From: Takakia lepidozioides
Taxonomy: Eukaryota > Plantae > Bryophyta
Assembly (NCBI GenBank): GCA_030704615.1
Contig: CM060733.1
Coordinates: 63,364,001-63,428,000, forward strand
Reading direction: 5' to 3'
DNA: 64,000 bases
Below the pieces are notes generated by a model. It was not told the DNA's origin and made no database searches. It saw only the letters and a list, made by a program, of their open reading frames with translations. Below, one piece after another: positions 12,802 to 26,950 of the stretch. A program made the position numbers and the translations under genes. The first letter of the stretch is position 1. Each line of letters starts with the position of its first letter.

Positions 12802-13480
12802 ATTCTCACATTGCAGAATTTTTTTAAATATTTATCTTATTTTCATTTTATTTTCATTTTTGAAAGGAGCGTCGTCCAACCGATGGACGCGCTACGCTCA
12901 GGCTATTTTCTCAACATTGCATGAGTTTTTTAAATTAAAAAAAGAAGTGGTGGTCAATTGTGCGGTCAATTTATTTTTATTTATTAAAAAATATTTTTTA
13001 AAGATTTGTTTTATAAAAATCGACCTCTGACCAGGACGCGCATGTCCTATATTCTCACATTGCCGGAGTTTTTGAAATATTTATCTTATTTTTATTTTCC
13101 TTCCATTTTTGAAAGAAGCGTCTTCCAACCAATGGACTCGATACGCTCAGGCTATTTTCTCAGCATTGCATGATTTTCTTAAATTAAAAAAGAAGAAGCG
13201 GCCGTCAATTGTGCAGTCAACTTATTTTCTATTTACAAAAAAAGAAAATATTTGTTTTTTTAAATTGTTTTTAAAAAAAATCGACCTCTGACCAGGACGC
13301 GCACGTCTTGTATTCTCACATTGCAGGAATTTTTGAAATATTTATCTTATTTTCATTTTCCTTCCATTTTTGAAAGGCGCGTCGTCCAACCAATGGACGC
13401 GCTACGCTCAGGCTATTTTCTCAGCATTGCATGATTTTTTAAATTAAAAAAAGAAGCGGCTGTCAATTGTGCGGTCACTT
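12802..13480. repeat. About 2.7 tandem copies of a ~255-bp unit
   Basis: ATTCTCACATTGC...CAACC(G/A)ATGGAC...ACGCTCAGGCTATTTTCTC units start near 12802, 13051 and 13312. Confidence 0.85.
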
Positions 13481-15859
13481 TATTATCTTTGAGTGAAGAT
13501 TGGAGGGCTCATTGTCAGAATCAGATAGGGATAGGGCGATTCAAAACATATTCTATATCATAGCATATGATTAGCAAAAATCCGCAATCATAGACATTCC
13601 AAATCCAATTATTTACTTGAAATTCATTTAAATCGATTTAATCAAAATTGGTTCAAGGGTGAGTGCGTTGTTGGGGAGGCAAATGTTTTTGGACTTTAAG
13701 CTTTCTTTGGACTTTAAATAATACAATTTAGACATTGTTTCCACAATTTTTGGACATTTTGGTATTTTTCATAATTTTCGAACAATTAGGCACTTCTCAG
13801 GAATGTTTTCCAAGTTTTAGGCACATTTTTAAAAAATGCTCTAAATTTAATTAGGCACTTGATTTTGAATTAATTATTACCTAATAAGCTAGGTTAGTAC
13901 GGTAGCGGCCGCTTCATAGTTCTATAAAAAATAAAAATAAATGACCGCACAATTGATGGTCGTTTTTTTTAAAAAAAATTAAAAAAATGAAGCGACCGCC
14001 ATACTGGAGGTTGCAAAGATATAGGGGTCACGTTCACCAGGCCTACAGTTTGCATTGCCACACCAGCCTCATGGTGCCCAACAGAGTTGGAAATAGGCTC
14101 CAAATTGAAAGTGGGCTTGCTGTACCCATTGAACTCCTGATGTCAAAGATGTCATCGATAGTCTGCGGAAGGCTTTCCTTGTGTCTTCAAACACGGCAAG
14201 ACAAGAATCTCCTCATAAATATAACATAATTCGTTGAGAGTCACACTCATTGCAAAACGCAAGGTGCGTTTGTATCGTCCACATCCACTTTCCACATGCT
14301 CGTAATACAGCTCCTCATGCGGCCGTCATCATCTCCAACAACACCATGGCTCCAGTGACCATCGCCTCTTGGTTTGCATGAAGATTCCATATCCACTGGG
14401 ATAAATGTCTAGATGACCCCACCACCTGGGCTTCCACCTTGCAGGATCGAGGTGCATCCCAATGGCACATTTCAAGAACTCCGCGCACCAACATGTTCCC
14501 CAGGCCTACTCGCATAAATATAACATAACTCATTGAGAGCCATACTCCTCGCAAAATGATCATCTCCAACAGCACCATGGTTCCAGCCTCCAGCCTCCAG
14601 CTGGTTGTGTTGATTGTTCCTCCAGAAACTTCCACGCACGTTTAGACGTGACAGCCGTCTGCCGTCACGTCCGAAGTGACATGTTGTGTTGTGTTGTGTT
14701 GTATTGTGAAGTCATTCTACTTATAACCAGGCTGGGTGGACGAAACAACCAATGAGGAACTATCACAAAAGAACACCATCCCTCTACCCCTGTATATTTG
14801 GTGCCGAAAGGATTACGAAAGAAAGCTGGCTAGAGGCCTACAAACCTCACTAATCTATGGCCAACTCACTAATCAGGCTGCCCAAACTCTGATCGCCTCC
14901 AATTGCTTTAGATCAGGACTCGGCGAGGCATAGTAGTTGTTGCATTCTGGTGCGGCTTCCAAACTCACCTAGTTCAATTTCAGTCTAATCATATGCTATG
15001 ATGTAGATATGTTTTGAATCGGCCTATCTGATTCTAACAAGGAGCCATCCAATCTTCACCTTATGGTTTGTCTAGGAGCTTCTCGTAGAGTTCGTGCAAC
15101 AACATGACAATAAGTTCAAAGAAACAGTCACCCTTCAAGACCCCTGTGGCCGACTATGGCTGGTCTGTGCGCTCATTCATTTTGCGTGTTGTCCACCCAG
15201 TCTGGTTGTAGGTAGAATACGTTGCGTGTCTCATAGATTGCAAATGTCGTCTTGGTTACATTGGCCCCAACATTCATAATGCCCATAGATAGAAGCTTAT
15301 TTGCAAGTACAAGAAGACTACGTAGAGAATATCAAATATTTCATAACTTTCCGGCCTTTGGAACCCACCTCCACCTTGAGCAAGCCGGCTTCATGCTTGA
15401 AGTGATAGGGCACTCGGAAGCAGAAAAGTGAGAGATCCGTAAACTCCAGCAGTTCATCCATTTTCCTGGAACCAAACCAAACGTCCGACATCAAACGTCA
15501 CGTCCAAACGTGAATTGAAAGCCTTGGCTCTTTGGTGCAAAATTTGGCTTCACATTTAAATGTTGGACTGAACCGATGGAAGCTGACAGCCTAGCTTCTT
15601 GTGGCGGAGTGTAAACATCAGTATGGTTAGGAGTAAGCGGGAGGTATTAGTGATAATCGAAGCGTGCGGTTTATACTGTGCACAAAGACACGTAGCGCGC
15701 AGAACTATCACAGAAGAACATCATCCTTGACGGTCGCTTCTTTTTTTAATTTCAAAAACTCCTGCAATGTGAGAACACAGGACGCGCGCGTCCTGATGCT
15801 TGAAGACGTGGGCAAAGTAAAGTCACCCCGTCTCCTGCGCCGTTGCCGTCTCCTGGGTG

Positions 15860-16142
15860 GAAATGAAATGGCCATTTTACCGAACCTATCCACCACCACC
15901 ATGATTGCATCGAATCCTTTTGACAGCGGCAAAGTAGTCATGAAATCCGTGGAGACACTTTCCCAAGACCCCTCTGGAATCGGCAAGGGTTGTAACAGCC
16001 CTATTTGCTTTTTGTATTTGTTCCGGTTTTGTTGGCATGTGGTGCATGTCTTGACATACTCCTCGGCCTCCTCCCTCAGTTTGGGTCAGAAATACTCTTT
16101 CTTCAAGAGTGCCGCGGTGCGCTTAACTCTGCCGTGGCCCCA
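15860..16142 (-). mobile_element. Ty3/Gypsy integrase fragment (Zn-binding region and start of core)
   Basis: GHGRVKRT...YVKTCTTCQQ...LLQPLPIPEGSWESVSTDFMTTLPLSKGFDAIMVVVDRF. Confidence 0.85.
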
Positions 16143-16214
16143 CCAAGAACAGTTTTTCAGACCTTTTTGCCATATGGATATATGGTAACAGAGCCTTCTA
16201 GTCTAGTACCACGG

Positions 16215-17015
16215 ATCTTGCGGAATTATGTGTCGGCCGACCAATCAGATTGGGTGGAGCATTTGGATGCAACAGAGTTCTATTATAATAACACAAAACA
16301 CTCCGCAACGGGAGTTTCCCCATTCGTATTGGTCTACGGAAAAGCACCTCTGGTGCCGACAAGTTGGGCCGCCCAGGACGGAGCCGACAGCAACGGCGGT
16401 GTTGGAAGAACGCGAGCGCTTACTAGAGCTCGCAAAATACAGCATTGCCAAAGCTAGGAAACGCTACGAGCGGCAGGCGAATCGGAAATGGAGGGAAGTC
16501 AAGTTTGAGGCGGGCACGGAGGTCTGGTTGAACATCAAGAATTTTCGACTACCTCCGAAGTGAGTCCGAAGTTCGTACCTTCGTATGCGGGGCCCTTTCG
16601 CATCCGGAAGGTTATGAATGAGGATGTGTATGAATTGGAGCTGTCGGCAAACAGCAAGGTGCATCCGCTATTCCACGTTTTCTTTTTGAAGCCTTACTTC
16701 AAAGATGAAGCGCGTCCGAATTGGCATCAAGTGTTGCATCCGCCACCTGTGCTGTTGGATCATGAAAATGAACCCGAGTACGAGGTGGAGGCAGTGCTTA
16801 AGTCGAGGAGGTTCAAGAATCGAGAAACGGAATATCTGGTGAAATGGAAGGGCTATCATCAAGTGGAGGCAACTTGGGTGCGTGCCTCAGAAATGGGAAA
16901 CGCATCCGAGGCGGTTGCAGCTTTCGAAGGGCGACCTCAAAAGCGGAAAAAAAACGTTGATGGGGATATCAACCTTGGATCGTGGGGGAGGAAATGCATG
17001 CTTAGTCCGGCTTAG
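16215..17015 (+). mobile_element. Chromovirus integrase C-terminus and chromodomain, with putative polypurine tract
   Basis: LRNYVSADQSDWVEHL, YAGPFRI, HPLFHV, EYEVEAVL...EYLVKWKGY...ATWV; GGGGAGGAAA near 16984; frameshifted. Confidence 0.9.
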
Positions 17016-19928
17016 CTAGCTCAGGAATCCGATTGCAAAAACTTGTGTTGTACAAATTTTGTTTATGAATGAAATGGTTTCCAAATGTTGTGCTTCCTAT
17101 TTTGTTTGGAATGGTGATGCATGGTATGGTTGGCTAGTGTGTAGAATGCATGCTAGCTTACAAAAGTGGGAGAGGTAAATTGGATTAATCGTGTGTTTGT
17201 GCAGTGCCGAAATCGGGTGCCTCCCATCCAAGAAGCAAAGAAACTTGCGCCTTCTTTGGGAGTTCAAGTGCTATTGCGCACCTGGCGCGTGCACGTACTA
17301 TAACTGCGCTACCAAGGGGGTTGCCTTGTAGTGCGGGCTAACGCGGAAGCTACGTGCTTCCGTTCACGTACTATAATCGTGTAGCCTCGGGACGAAGTCG
17401 TAGTGCGGCTTCGGCGTGTTCCCGTACATCAGACCAACATTTCAAGGCGAACCTAATTGTAGTGATTGGGGTGCACGGTTGGTTCAAGGTTATCTTCCTA
17501 GTCAAAAATGGGTTCAAGGTGAACCCTTGCTCAAGAGGATGCCAAAAAACGGCATCATGAGCGATCGCAAGCAACGATGTTGCAGTAAGGCGATTTGATA
17601 CTCGGGGAAGATCGTTCCTTGGCCTTAAGGTGGGCCAAGAAGAGTGCACTGGATGGAGCTTGAGAGGCTCCACCCTTGGCCGAGACTTGGAGGAAGTCGG
17701 CCGAACTAGCTAGTGAAGAGTAGAGTCAAGCGGGGGTTTGGTTCTTTGCCATGGGACGCCATGGTAACTCCTTGATGTGGGACGCCACAACTTGGATGTT
17801 AGTTTCTACAAAACGGACAAGTCGATGAGGACATCAACTCCCTGTTGGTAGGGGTGTGTGTCGCAGCCCTTTGCCTTGAGGACAGAGGGTCGGGACGCAA
17901 GAGGGGCTGGCCCTGTGGTGGGGGCAGTGGCAACAATAGGTATGGGGGCTGAAGCACCCTTGAGTGCCAAGGAGGCGGAGGCGCTCACTAGGTGGAGCCC
18001 CGCACACCGGGTTGCGGTGGGGGTGGTTCCACGAGGGGTGGTGGTAGCTTAGTGGGTCTTAGTGGGGGTGGCATAGGACTCACCGTGGGGCTGAGACCTT
18101 GTGGTGGGAGTCGTGGGGAGTCTTGGGACTCATCACGGTCCATTGGGGCCGTGGTGGGTGGGCCAAGACTCACCGTGACTCATCACCGGGAATCAAGGGT
18201 TTTCGTGGTGGTTCACCATAAAAGAATTGTGTTGTTTGTGAAACCCCCGCGGACAGTCACAGAAGTATATATAAGGAGTAGTAACCCCGAGAACGGTGCA
18301 AGCCCGTTGGTGACCAAAAACTAGTGAATAAGCGTGGCGAGCCAGAAAGCGACCAAGGTGTGGGGAGCTGTTCCGGACTGCCAATAACCAAAGGGAATTC
18401 CACTGGACCCAAAGTGTGCGAGGGTCTCGTGGAGGAGCAAAGGGGGACCGTTATGCCCCGGCGAGCAGTCGAAGCTCCGAGTTGGCCCAGCGGCCAGTTT
18501 GGGAGTTAAGCGCGCGCATCAAAGCGAGTAACTATGTCTGAAGGGGAAGTTTACCGAAGGGAGGTGTGCGACAGCCTCCCCAATAACAACCCCCATTGTA
18601 CACACAGGCGTTTCCTGCTCGTTGCACACAAACACCACCGTACAATGCACAGCAGTGGCAACCCCCGCGTGGCGGGTGGTCCTTGCAGACCCCACCATGG
18701 GCTCCGCCACCTCGTTGAGGCCAATGGAAATCATACCAAATGATCATCCCATCCAACTGCCTGAACTAAATCAAACAACAAAATGGTTGTGACATCGAGA
18801 ATAGCTAAAAGATGAGATGAAGCCCTTCTAGGCACATTTGTCCGATGCAAAATGGACATTGCTTGAATCCTCTGTATAGCGACAAAAACTCTTTATCTAC
18901 ATAAAGCTACAAAGACGGAAGCATAGGAAATGTCATTGATGAGAAACATGATGAGCGCAAATAGGAAGAAAACCATCGAACTGACATTAAAGACATCCAA
19001 ATATCTCCATAGCCAGCGGGATGAATGCATTAGTAGGGTGACGGTTTTGATAGTTGCGTTCTTTGGTCTATGCAACAATCAGAGCGGTAGTGCATTTTGA
19101 GGAGACTGATCGAGAAAGTAGATCAAATCGAGTAGGTGCTCATGCTTATTTCTGCTCATGCTCATTCTTATCTGTGCTCATGGCTCATGGAGTTTACACA
19201 CCCATATGGTCGCATGTGCAAGAGTGGTGACAGTAAAAGAGGGGAGCGCCAGACACAAAGGAAAAACTGACAAAAGGGATAAGCTGGTAAAAATTACCTC
19301 CAATAAAACAAAGTTCCTGGAAGATGGTGACATATGAGACGGTGTTGAATGTATTGGTAACATCAACTTTAAGAACAACCTATATAGCTAGTCGGGGTGG
19401 AAGGTCGAGGGCGGCGCAAATCCCACGTGCAATAACTTCATAGCCTCTTGGAGTAGCAATGCCACACTGATGTGGAAAGAGATGGGCATAGAATGCATCC
19501 CAATATTGAGTTGGAGCAGTTCAAAGAATATGATATAAAACCTCCCCCATGACAATAGGGCATATACATAAGGTTACCAAATCATAAAATATATATCATC
19601 AACTGAAGACTATGGTCATGGACATGAATAGGCAAAAAAAAAAAACATTTGACAAGGTGTCATGGATATGAGAAACTTCCATAGAAGGCCTTTGTCATAC
19701 TTTGATGGAGGAGAATCTCCAGAATATAGTGGCGGGATTTATAGCTTCCAAATAAGTATGATGTGGACTATTTAGACAAAAAGATACAGGTTTTATGTAC
19801 AAACAAGCATTACTACCCAGTATGCTAAGAGTCCACATCTAGAGCAAGCGCAATGACTATGATTCCACCTGATTATAACGCCTCAATATTTTTGCATTGC
19901 CTAGTACTCTTGTAACCATACAATTTTG

Positions 19929-22900
19929 TCATGTCTTCTCGAATTTGCTAAACAAGCTTAGCGACGCAACTCCTTGGATCATTTCTTCAGGCTCCTTGTT
20001 GGATTGATTGGCTTTAGGTTTACAAAATCCCTTTGAACATTGAACCATATCTTGCTGCAGGAGCATTGGCTTCAGTTTTTGGTATTTTACTATCCGCTTG
20101 CTTTTGATGGGCTTCCTCAACCTGCAAGAGTCACCTTCATCCCGGGTATTCTTAGATCCTACCAACTATTATCTTTAGCATATTACAGACTAGGTAATGA
20201 ACTGTATGATACTTAAAGTACTGACTGCATGGTTTGCTGGTTTATTGAAGGACAACATAGTATAAGTAGCAATCAGTCTATGTGTACTTCTTGCAGATAC
20301 TCTTTTGAAATGCATGATAGAATCTTCCTTGCCCTTTATTAGCCCAAAGATTGCATCCTCATGAAGCCCATAGAGAGAAATGAGCGTTTTACTTCAACTC
20401 AACTCAAAACTAGACAAAAGTGGAGGTAGACGTTACTTCCGTCACTGCTGAAGGGTCACTCCAGTAGTGGGGGTGGCTGGCCGTATATTCCATAGTTGTA
20501 TTCCGTTAGGAACAAACATCCACTGATAGGGAAATAGAGCAAACACAAAGGGGAGGAGGGTTGCTCAGAAAGACATGTCCCAGTTTTGAGAGCAATTGGA
20601 GAGCATGAGCTCTTGTTTGTAATTCTTAATTCCCAATTGCAAAGCCTTGCAGCCTATACCACCCATCCTGGTTTGATGTCAATCTAAGTATGGAATTTCC
20701 CATGTCTCTTACAAACAAAGGCACTACAATTGCAAGGTTTAAACCTACCATGGCTGCTCCCAAATCATGTACATGGCATTAAACAAGACAAATTAATGAT
20801 ATTTTGACATTGACAGAAGCTCAATCACTATACAGCATTCAACAAACAACAAGGCTTCCAAAGCAACCATCAAAAGCATAACACACACGAATATGTAACC
20901 CACTTGTAGGCTTGGCCTCGAATGAGATAGAGTCTCTTTTTAGGCAAGTAGAGAGTGTAGTTCTTATGAATGTATCGCAGCCTCATCAATAGCTGGTAGT
21001 TCTGCTTCTCAATTAGTCTCAGCTTGTCTGTGACACCACAACACAAGTCCACCAACTATGGATGATGTTAATAGAATACAATATTGATCAGCACAATTGT
21101 ACAACAAAGAGTTTGCAATATCGCTTCATTGGCAGGAAACTGGACCCCATTTCAATCCATTTTCCACTATGCATTGTAGATTTGGATGGATATAATCAAT
21201 AACAAAATTGTCAAGGACATAATAATTGGATTTGAAATTCAAAAACTTTGGACAGATACTAGATCTCTTGACTAACACACTCAGTTTTGTCATTTGGGTT
21301 ACTTCCTCTCATGCATCATATCATTCACTAAACTACGCATCCATAAATCAAAGTTGTCTCATCTCATTGGTAGTTCAGAAAATTTCAGGTTCCGTGGTGT
21401 TAACAAGACCACACCAATCTCCAGCGATATGAAGTATTGATTTAGTAGCTCGGAGGAGAGTATAATCCCTCTGATTCATCACCTTGATAAATGGAAGTTC
21501 AGCACCATAGGTGGACTACAATAGAGGATACCATGGCCAAGTTGTCAAAAGACAAATGAGATATACACTTATTAGTGTAAAGGTTTGCTATCACACAAGG
21601 GGCTGACCGAGTCTTACCACATTGTACTGTAATGCCCCAACAACCTCCATCTAATCAAAGTAGATTGAACAGTTCTAGCTACATGATGGCTTGCTCTGTT
21701 CACAGAGAGTTCCTAAACCAGCATGTTGGTGTGAATTCGAAATTTCTTAGGAAAAAAAATTCCACCAATTGGGTGCTCATCTACCTATATAGACACAACT
21801 AGCAAGAGCAATTGTGGCCTTCAACCCATGTCATGTATAGGAATCTATAAATTGGAATGTTCATTAACGCACGTGAGCCCTTCAAATACCTGAAGAGAAT
21901 GTTCCCTGTGGACATTAACAGTGGTACACCCTTCATAATCCCTAAGAGATGCTAATTAATGTCATGGAGACAGATGTGGGTGTTCAACACAGGGATTTTA
22001 CAGCCAATGTGAAGTTCAAGGTACTGCATGTTGCTTTATGGGCTTGCATTTATTACACTACAGAGCATGAGGTTGTTCCAGCTTGAATCCTCTAGCCTGC
22101 AATAGCTAGAACTAGGGAGAGGAAGAGAATGAAATAATAGAAATTTATAATGTACATGTATATGAAACCCCAAAGAGCCCATGCAACAAGAACAAATAAC
22201 AAACAAATGAACCACTAAAAAGAAACAAATTGAGTAAGCTTCATATTGAGAAAGAGCTCTCTGCCCACAACATCTCAAACTAAGTCATGCTCCTGCAAAG
22301 TTCTAGCAAGTAAAAATTTGAGACAAGCGTCTATGCCATAAAGCATTCATGAGGAATCGGCAGTGCTTGAAAGAATATATCCTAGTGATAATATGTTCTG
22401 GTTTGACAACATGTCCATTGGTGAAACTGGAATAGGGTTTGGCTGAACGGTTCTGGGAGTACTGGAGATATAAATACATTCTCGAAAAACTGGAAGATTA
22501 TCTGGGTCGTAGAAGATACGCACCTTAGTTTTGGCAAAATGCCCAAACTTCTATTATGCGCAAAGGTTATGCAGGAGACTCCAGAGCACTGTCTTCTCCT
22601 TTGCCCTAAATTTGTACCAATAAATTGGGCGAAGTTGCTATCCTCAAACAACTTTGGCCCCCAAAAAATGAAATGGTTGTGCCATTTGGAACACTATCAA
22701 TCTGCTTGACTATATTGACAGCCAAATATTGTTTGGCAATGAGGACACACATTTGGTTTGAAGCGCCACGTTACAATACAGTTCTTCCTATGAGGACAAA
22801 CTTCACCAAGGTCAACGACACTTCACTAGCACATTGGGACATGACTAAATACTAGTAGAAAACACGTGCAGTCTGTCTGGTGGCTCGGAAGCCCCACCTT

Positions 22901-25053
22901 CTCATGTATTGTTGTTGTTTTGTCACTTGCTGGCCATGGAAGCTCGAGCAGCCTTTCGGCCCGAGCTCCCTCTATACGTACACTAGACACTTGAGCCAAT
23001 TTGGAGCTAGTTGAAAGGGGCCTCAAGAACATTCTTGCTTGTTGCAATCAAACTTTTGGTTTTTGGAGTATAATCTAGTGGTCCTATCTTCATAATACAA
23101 CAAGAAGAACATAAAATTGAAACTACAACTTTCTAGTTTGTGGTTGTTTTGACTTCATTGAAAGAGGCAATAGGAAAACAGTTTTGAATATGATTGGATT
23201 TGAAAAAAATTACAAGAAAAAATCATACCTTCTTCTTGATTGGCCCGCCTCCTGTTTTGAACTTGAAGGACGTTGACGATTGGGGGGTGGGGATGAGAGA
23301 CAATGCATGGCTTGATGGTCCGAACTCGTTCTTGGTGTTTTTTTAACTCTCTCATGTGCTCATTCTTTGTCCAATTAGTCTCCTTTGTCATTTTACGGAA
23401 TCTATTTTCTGCCTCCATCTCTCTTTCTTTTTGTTCAAGGTCTTGGTCTATATATTTTCTGCACCCCGATTATTACTTTAAGACATCAAATAGATATTGA
23501 ACATGACGGTACACTATGACATCATAGATTGTCACATAGAATTTAAAGGTAGGAAAAAATAACTAGGCCAAGAAAAAGAAAATGAGGGTGCAATGTGTTG
23601 TCCATTGTATCATAACTCAGTCTTTTTATCAAATCAGTATATAAGATGTGATAGAAACACATTATATATGTGTATATAGAGGTCATTTATCTGCCAAATC
23701 CTTTTATGCACTTTCAATTGTCTCACTAGTTTTCTGTGTACAAACCAAAACGTCCTCCTCTACTTCGACTTCAACTCTCTCTTGCATTTTCATTTACAAT
23801 TTTATTCTTATTTCAATGAGTCTCTTTAGGCGTTTTAAAATAAATAAATAAAGAGGGGATGGAAGCCCTCACTAGCCTTGGAATTAGTACTAAAAGACGG
23901 CATTTCAGCTTTCTTTAACCCTCTATCTATTTATAAATGATTCCATGATCTTATGAAATCTAATTTTGACTTAATGTAATGAATGTGAGTTCTATCATAG
24001 GTAGATCAGTCAACTTACTCACTACTTCTTGAAGAATTTTGTTTTGCATCCTCTCTCCTCTTTTATTCTATCTACATTAGTCAAACAACATCTTATTAGT
24101 ACATTCTATCTATATTAGTGTTTTTATTTTTATTTTTTAAAATCTCAATCTCAGTACCTTCAATCTCCCTATATCAATGAAATGTTATAAACCATGTCAA
24201 TTATAATCCCAATAGTCAACAAATTCATTTCAATTAATCATCTTTCAATCTCATGTCACTGTAAATCTGTAACAACCTTAATCTTAATCAAATCAATTTA
24301 CTCAGTCGGTCAATCTCAATCTCCCTCTCAATCACTCGTTTTAAATATATTATTAATTAATTTATGTTTTTTAAATGTTTTAATGTTTTTTTTCCCTTTC
24401 CCTTGTATATTTTCAAGTACGTTTTACAAATATTAAAAGCTACTTGTTGTTCCCAATCATGATTCTAAAATAGCTATACATGTTACTAGTTGTTACAGTG
24501 TTGGATATTTCTCTTTCATTTTATTGTTTAAACGGTTCATTAGCATTTATAATCTTCTCTTATCTTCTCTATCTTTCAAATCTCTTCAATGCTAACTTTT
24601 GCAAATGCACCACAAAACTTCTGTTTTCATACATTTCTCCATTTCCCAAACCACAACTTTTTCAATCTTGATGCCGATAGCAATTGTGGATGTAGGTGGC
24701 GCATTGCATGCCAATTGAACCAAGCAATAACATATGGCAACCCTTTTTTCTTTTATCTCTTTTTTTATCTCGATTGATGCTAGTGCAAGTCAAACTAATT
24801 CCGTCGCTCATATCACATTTTAGTTTGCATTTAAGATTTAATTATAAAACATCATCCGTTCAATGATTGATAACAAATATATTGTGATGTTGTTTAACAA
24901 AAATAAATCGAGAACAACTATTATTACCCAAAAATACCGGGTATTACCATCCATTCCTACATCTATGTTGGTTACTACGTTAGTAGATCTTTTATCCTCA
25001 TTTTCTGAGGCATTGGCTCGAATGCCTGGACTCCAAAACGAGTTAGAATCCAT
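19929..25053 (-). CDS. Spliced gene resembling CFAP97/KIAA1430-domain proteins; predicted exons 25053-24938, 23458-23229, 21027-20904, 20522-20437, 20158-19929; in-frame TGA at 20458-20456
   Basis: GT-AG junctions with compatible phases; spliced peptide HQERVRTIKPCIVSHPHPP...RRRANQEEDKLRLIEKQNYQLLMRLRYI matches the remembered pattern of this family; the last acceptor is weak. Confidence 0.55.
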
Positions 25054-25559
25054 TCCTAGGTCTTCACTTTTCTGATAATAATGCAATCAATTTTCTCCAA
25101 AAACACACCTTTATGCAGCGAAAATCTTCAATCTTGGCTCAATTTGGCCCAACACCTTGCCCAGTGGAACACAACGGTGATAATTCTTTATCTCATATTG
25201 ATAGTTGGTTGCAAAGCACAGTGCAAGCTGGTTTTTTCAATTGTGCAATTGATTATGGAATGATGGGTGTGGAACATCCATGCTCCTAAACTCCTCTGCA
25301 AAGCGAACGATGGTGTGGGATTTATTATCCATGTAATTTGCCTAGCTCCTTGATATTCATCATTGGGTGATTAGAGGTGCCTTAATATGATCGAGTGCCC
25401 AGATGACTGTTCTAAGTCCTCTGAACACTCGCTATTCTTTGATGAACATGACGCCTGGGAAGCAATGTGCCTTTTGATGGTTCTTTTGGATGCTTCGACC
25501 CCTCTTCCTAGTGATCTATAGTTTATGTGGTCAAATAACAAACTTCCCTCCTTCCTACT

Positions 25560-26424
25560 CGGTTGTTATTGTTCATCTATTGTTCATGTTCCTTGCAGGC
25601 TTGGTCGAGATGTAGTCCAGTTGGATCTATACTGCCTAAGTTCGACCATGCTCAAATCTCAATCTCCATCCTCCCTCCCTCTTTCAAGGTTCAAGGTAAA
25701 GGCCATCTCAAACTCAACCTATGCAAATTGAAAGTAGATGTGATTATATTGAAAGCGAGGGTGAAATGGTCTCTGAACGGCGAGAAAATGAACATGTATT
25801 TTTCACGAAAGCTAAACAACGCCAGATGGTTCATGCAATTCATGCCCTTCAAGCCGATAACCCCATACACATGCATCATTGGCTGCTGATATCGCTATAG
25901 CGCAATCTGACTGTCTTTTATCTATCCCCCCTCTTAACTCTGATTTGCAGCCGTCTGTGCTCAAGAGCCCTTCTCGGAAAATGAACTTGGTGCGACTGTG
26001 GACAATCTCGGTTCAAATAAGGTAGGTGCCGATCGAGTTCTTCAAGTCTTGTGGGTGGTTATTAAGGAGGATTTCATGGCCATGGCAAATGATGTGTTGT
26101 GCAAATGAGTTTTTCATTCCCAATTTTTGCAGGATCTAATCACCCTCATTTTCAGAAAAAGGTGATCGACAATTAGTATCAAACTATAGATCTATTATCT
26201 CGTTGAATTCCACTTACAAGGTCATTGCCAAAGCATTGGCTATGAGGCTGAAGGTCCTTCTTCCTTGCATTATCCGAGTAGAGCAAACCGGATTCCTCAA
26301 GCATCGAATGATTCTGGACAACATCATTTTTGTTCATGAAGCACTAACCCATGCGGAGATCTCTGATCAACCTTTAGCTTTCTTGATGCTTGATTTCAAA
26401 AAAGCTTTTGACAGTATGACCTAA
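25560..26424 (+). mobile_element. L1/Tx1-type LINE ORF2 fragment (start of RT)
   Basis: YKVIAKALAMRLK...EQTGFLKHRMILDNI...LDFKKAFDS. Confidence 0.85.
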
Positions 26425-26480
26425 AAGATGAAGTTTGTAGCTTCCGTAGCTGGATCATTCTTAGAGTCACAAGCGACATA

Positions 26481-26950
26481 CACTACAGGAAAAAGGGGGG
26501 GTTAGCGACGCCAACCGAGCCCCCAAGCTAGGCGCGGCGCTGGGCTTGCGACACCACCCTGCGGCCGGGGTGTCGCAATCCCCCACTGCGACGCCCAGCC
26601 GTCGCAAGGTGCGTCGCCGTGGGGGGTTGCGACGACTTTTTTTTTTCTTGCGACATCGGGGGGTCACAATGCCCCCCCCCCAAAAAAAAAAAAAAAAAAA
26701 AAAAAAACGTTGCGACGCCCCCCGGCGTCGCAAAAGCATCACTGGGGGCACCCAACGCTGCGACGGGGGTTGCAACGACGTCGCCACAGTGGTTTTGTTT
26801 TGTTTTTTTTTTTTTGTTTTTTTTGGGCCTTGCGGCCCCCAACGTCACAAAAGCATCGCTGGCGACACTATATTGTTGTCACTAGAAGGATTCGTGTCTT
26901 TTCCGATTCGACTAGGGTGCGACTGGGTGTCCGGAAGCACTATGGGAACT
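26481..26950. mobile_element. CACTA-like terminus with GCGAC/GTCGC subterminal repeats
   Basis: CACTACAGGAAAA at 26481, followed by many TGCGAC/GTCGCA motifs in both orientations; similar motifs at 3730-3910. Confidence 0.6.

Noticed and set aside
16994-18730. 3' LTR of the chromovirus
   Set aside because: Position after a purine tract is suggestive, but there is no second copy and no clear TG...CA termini.
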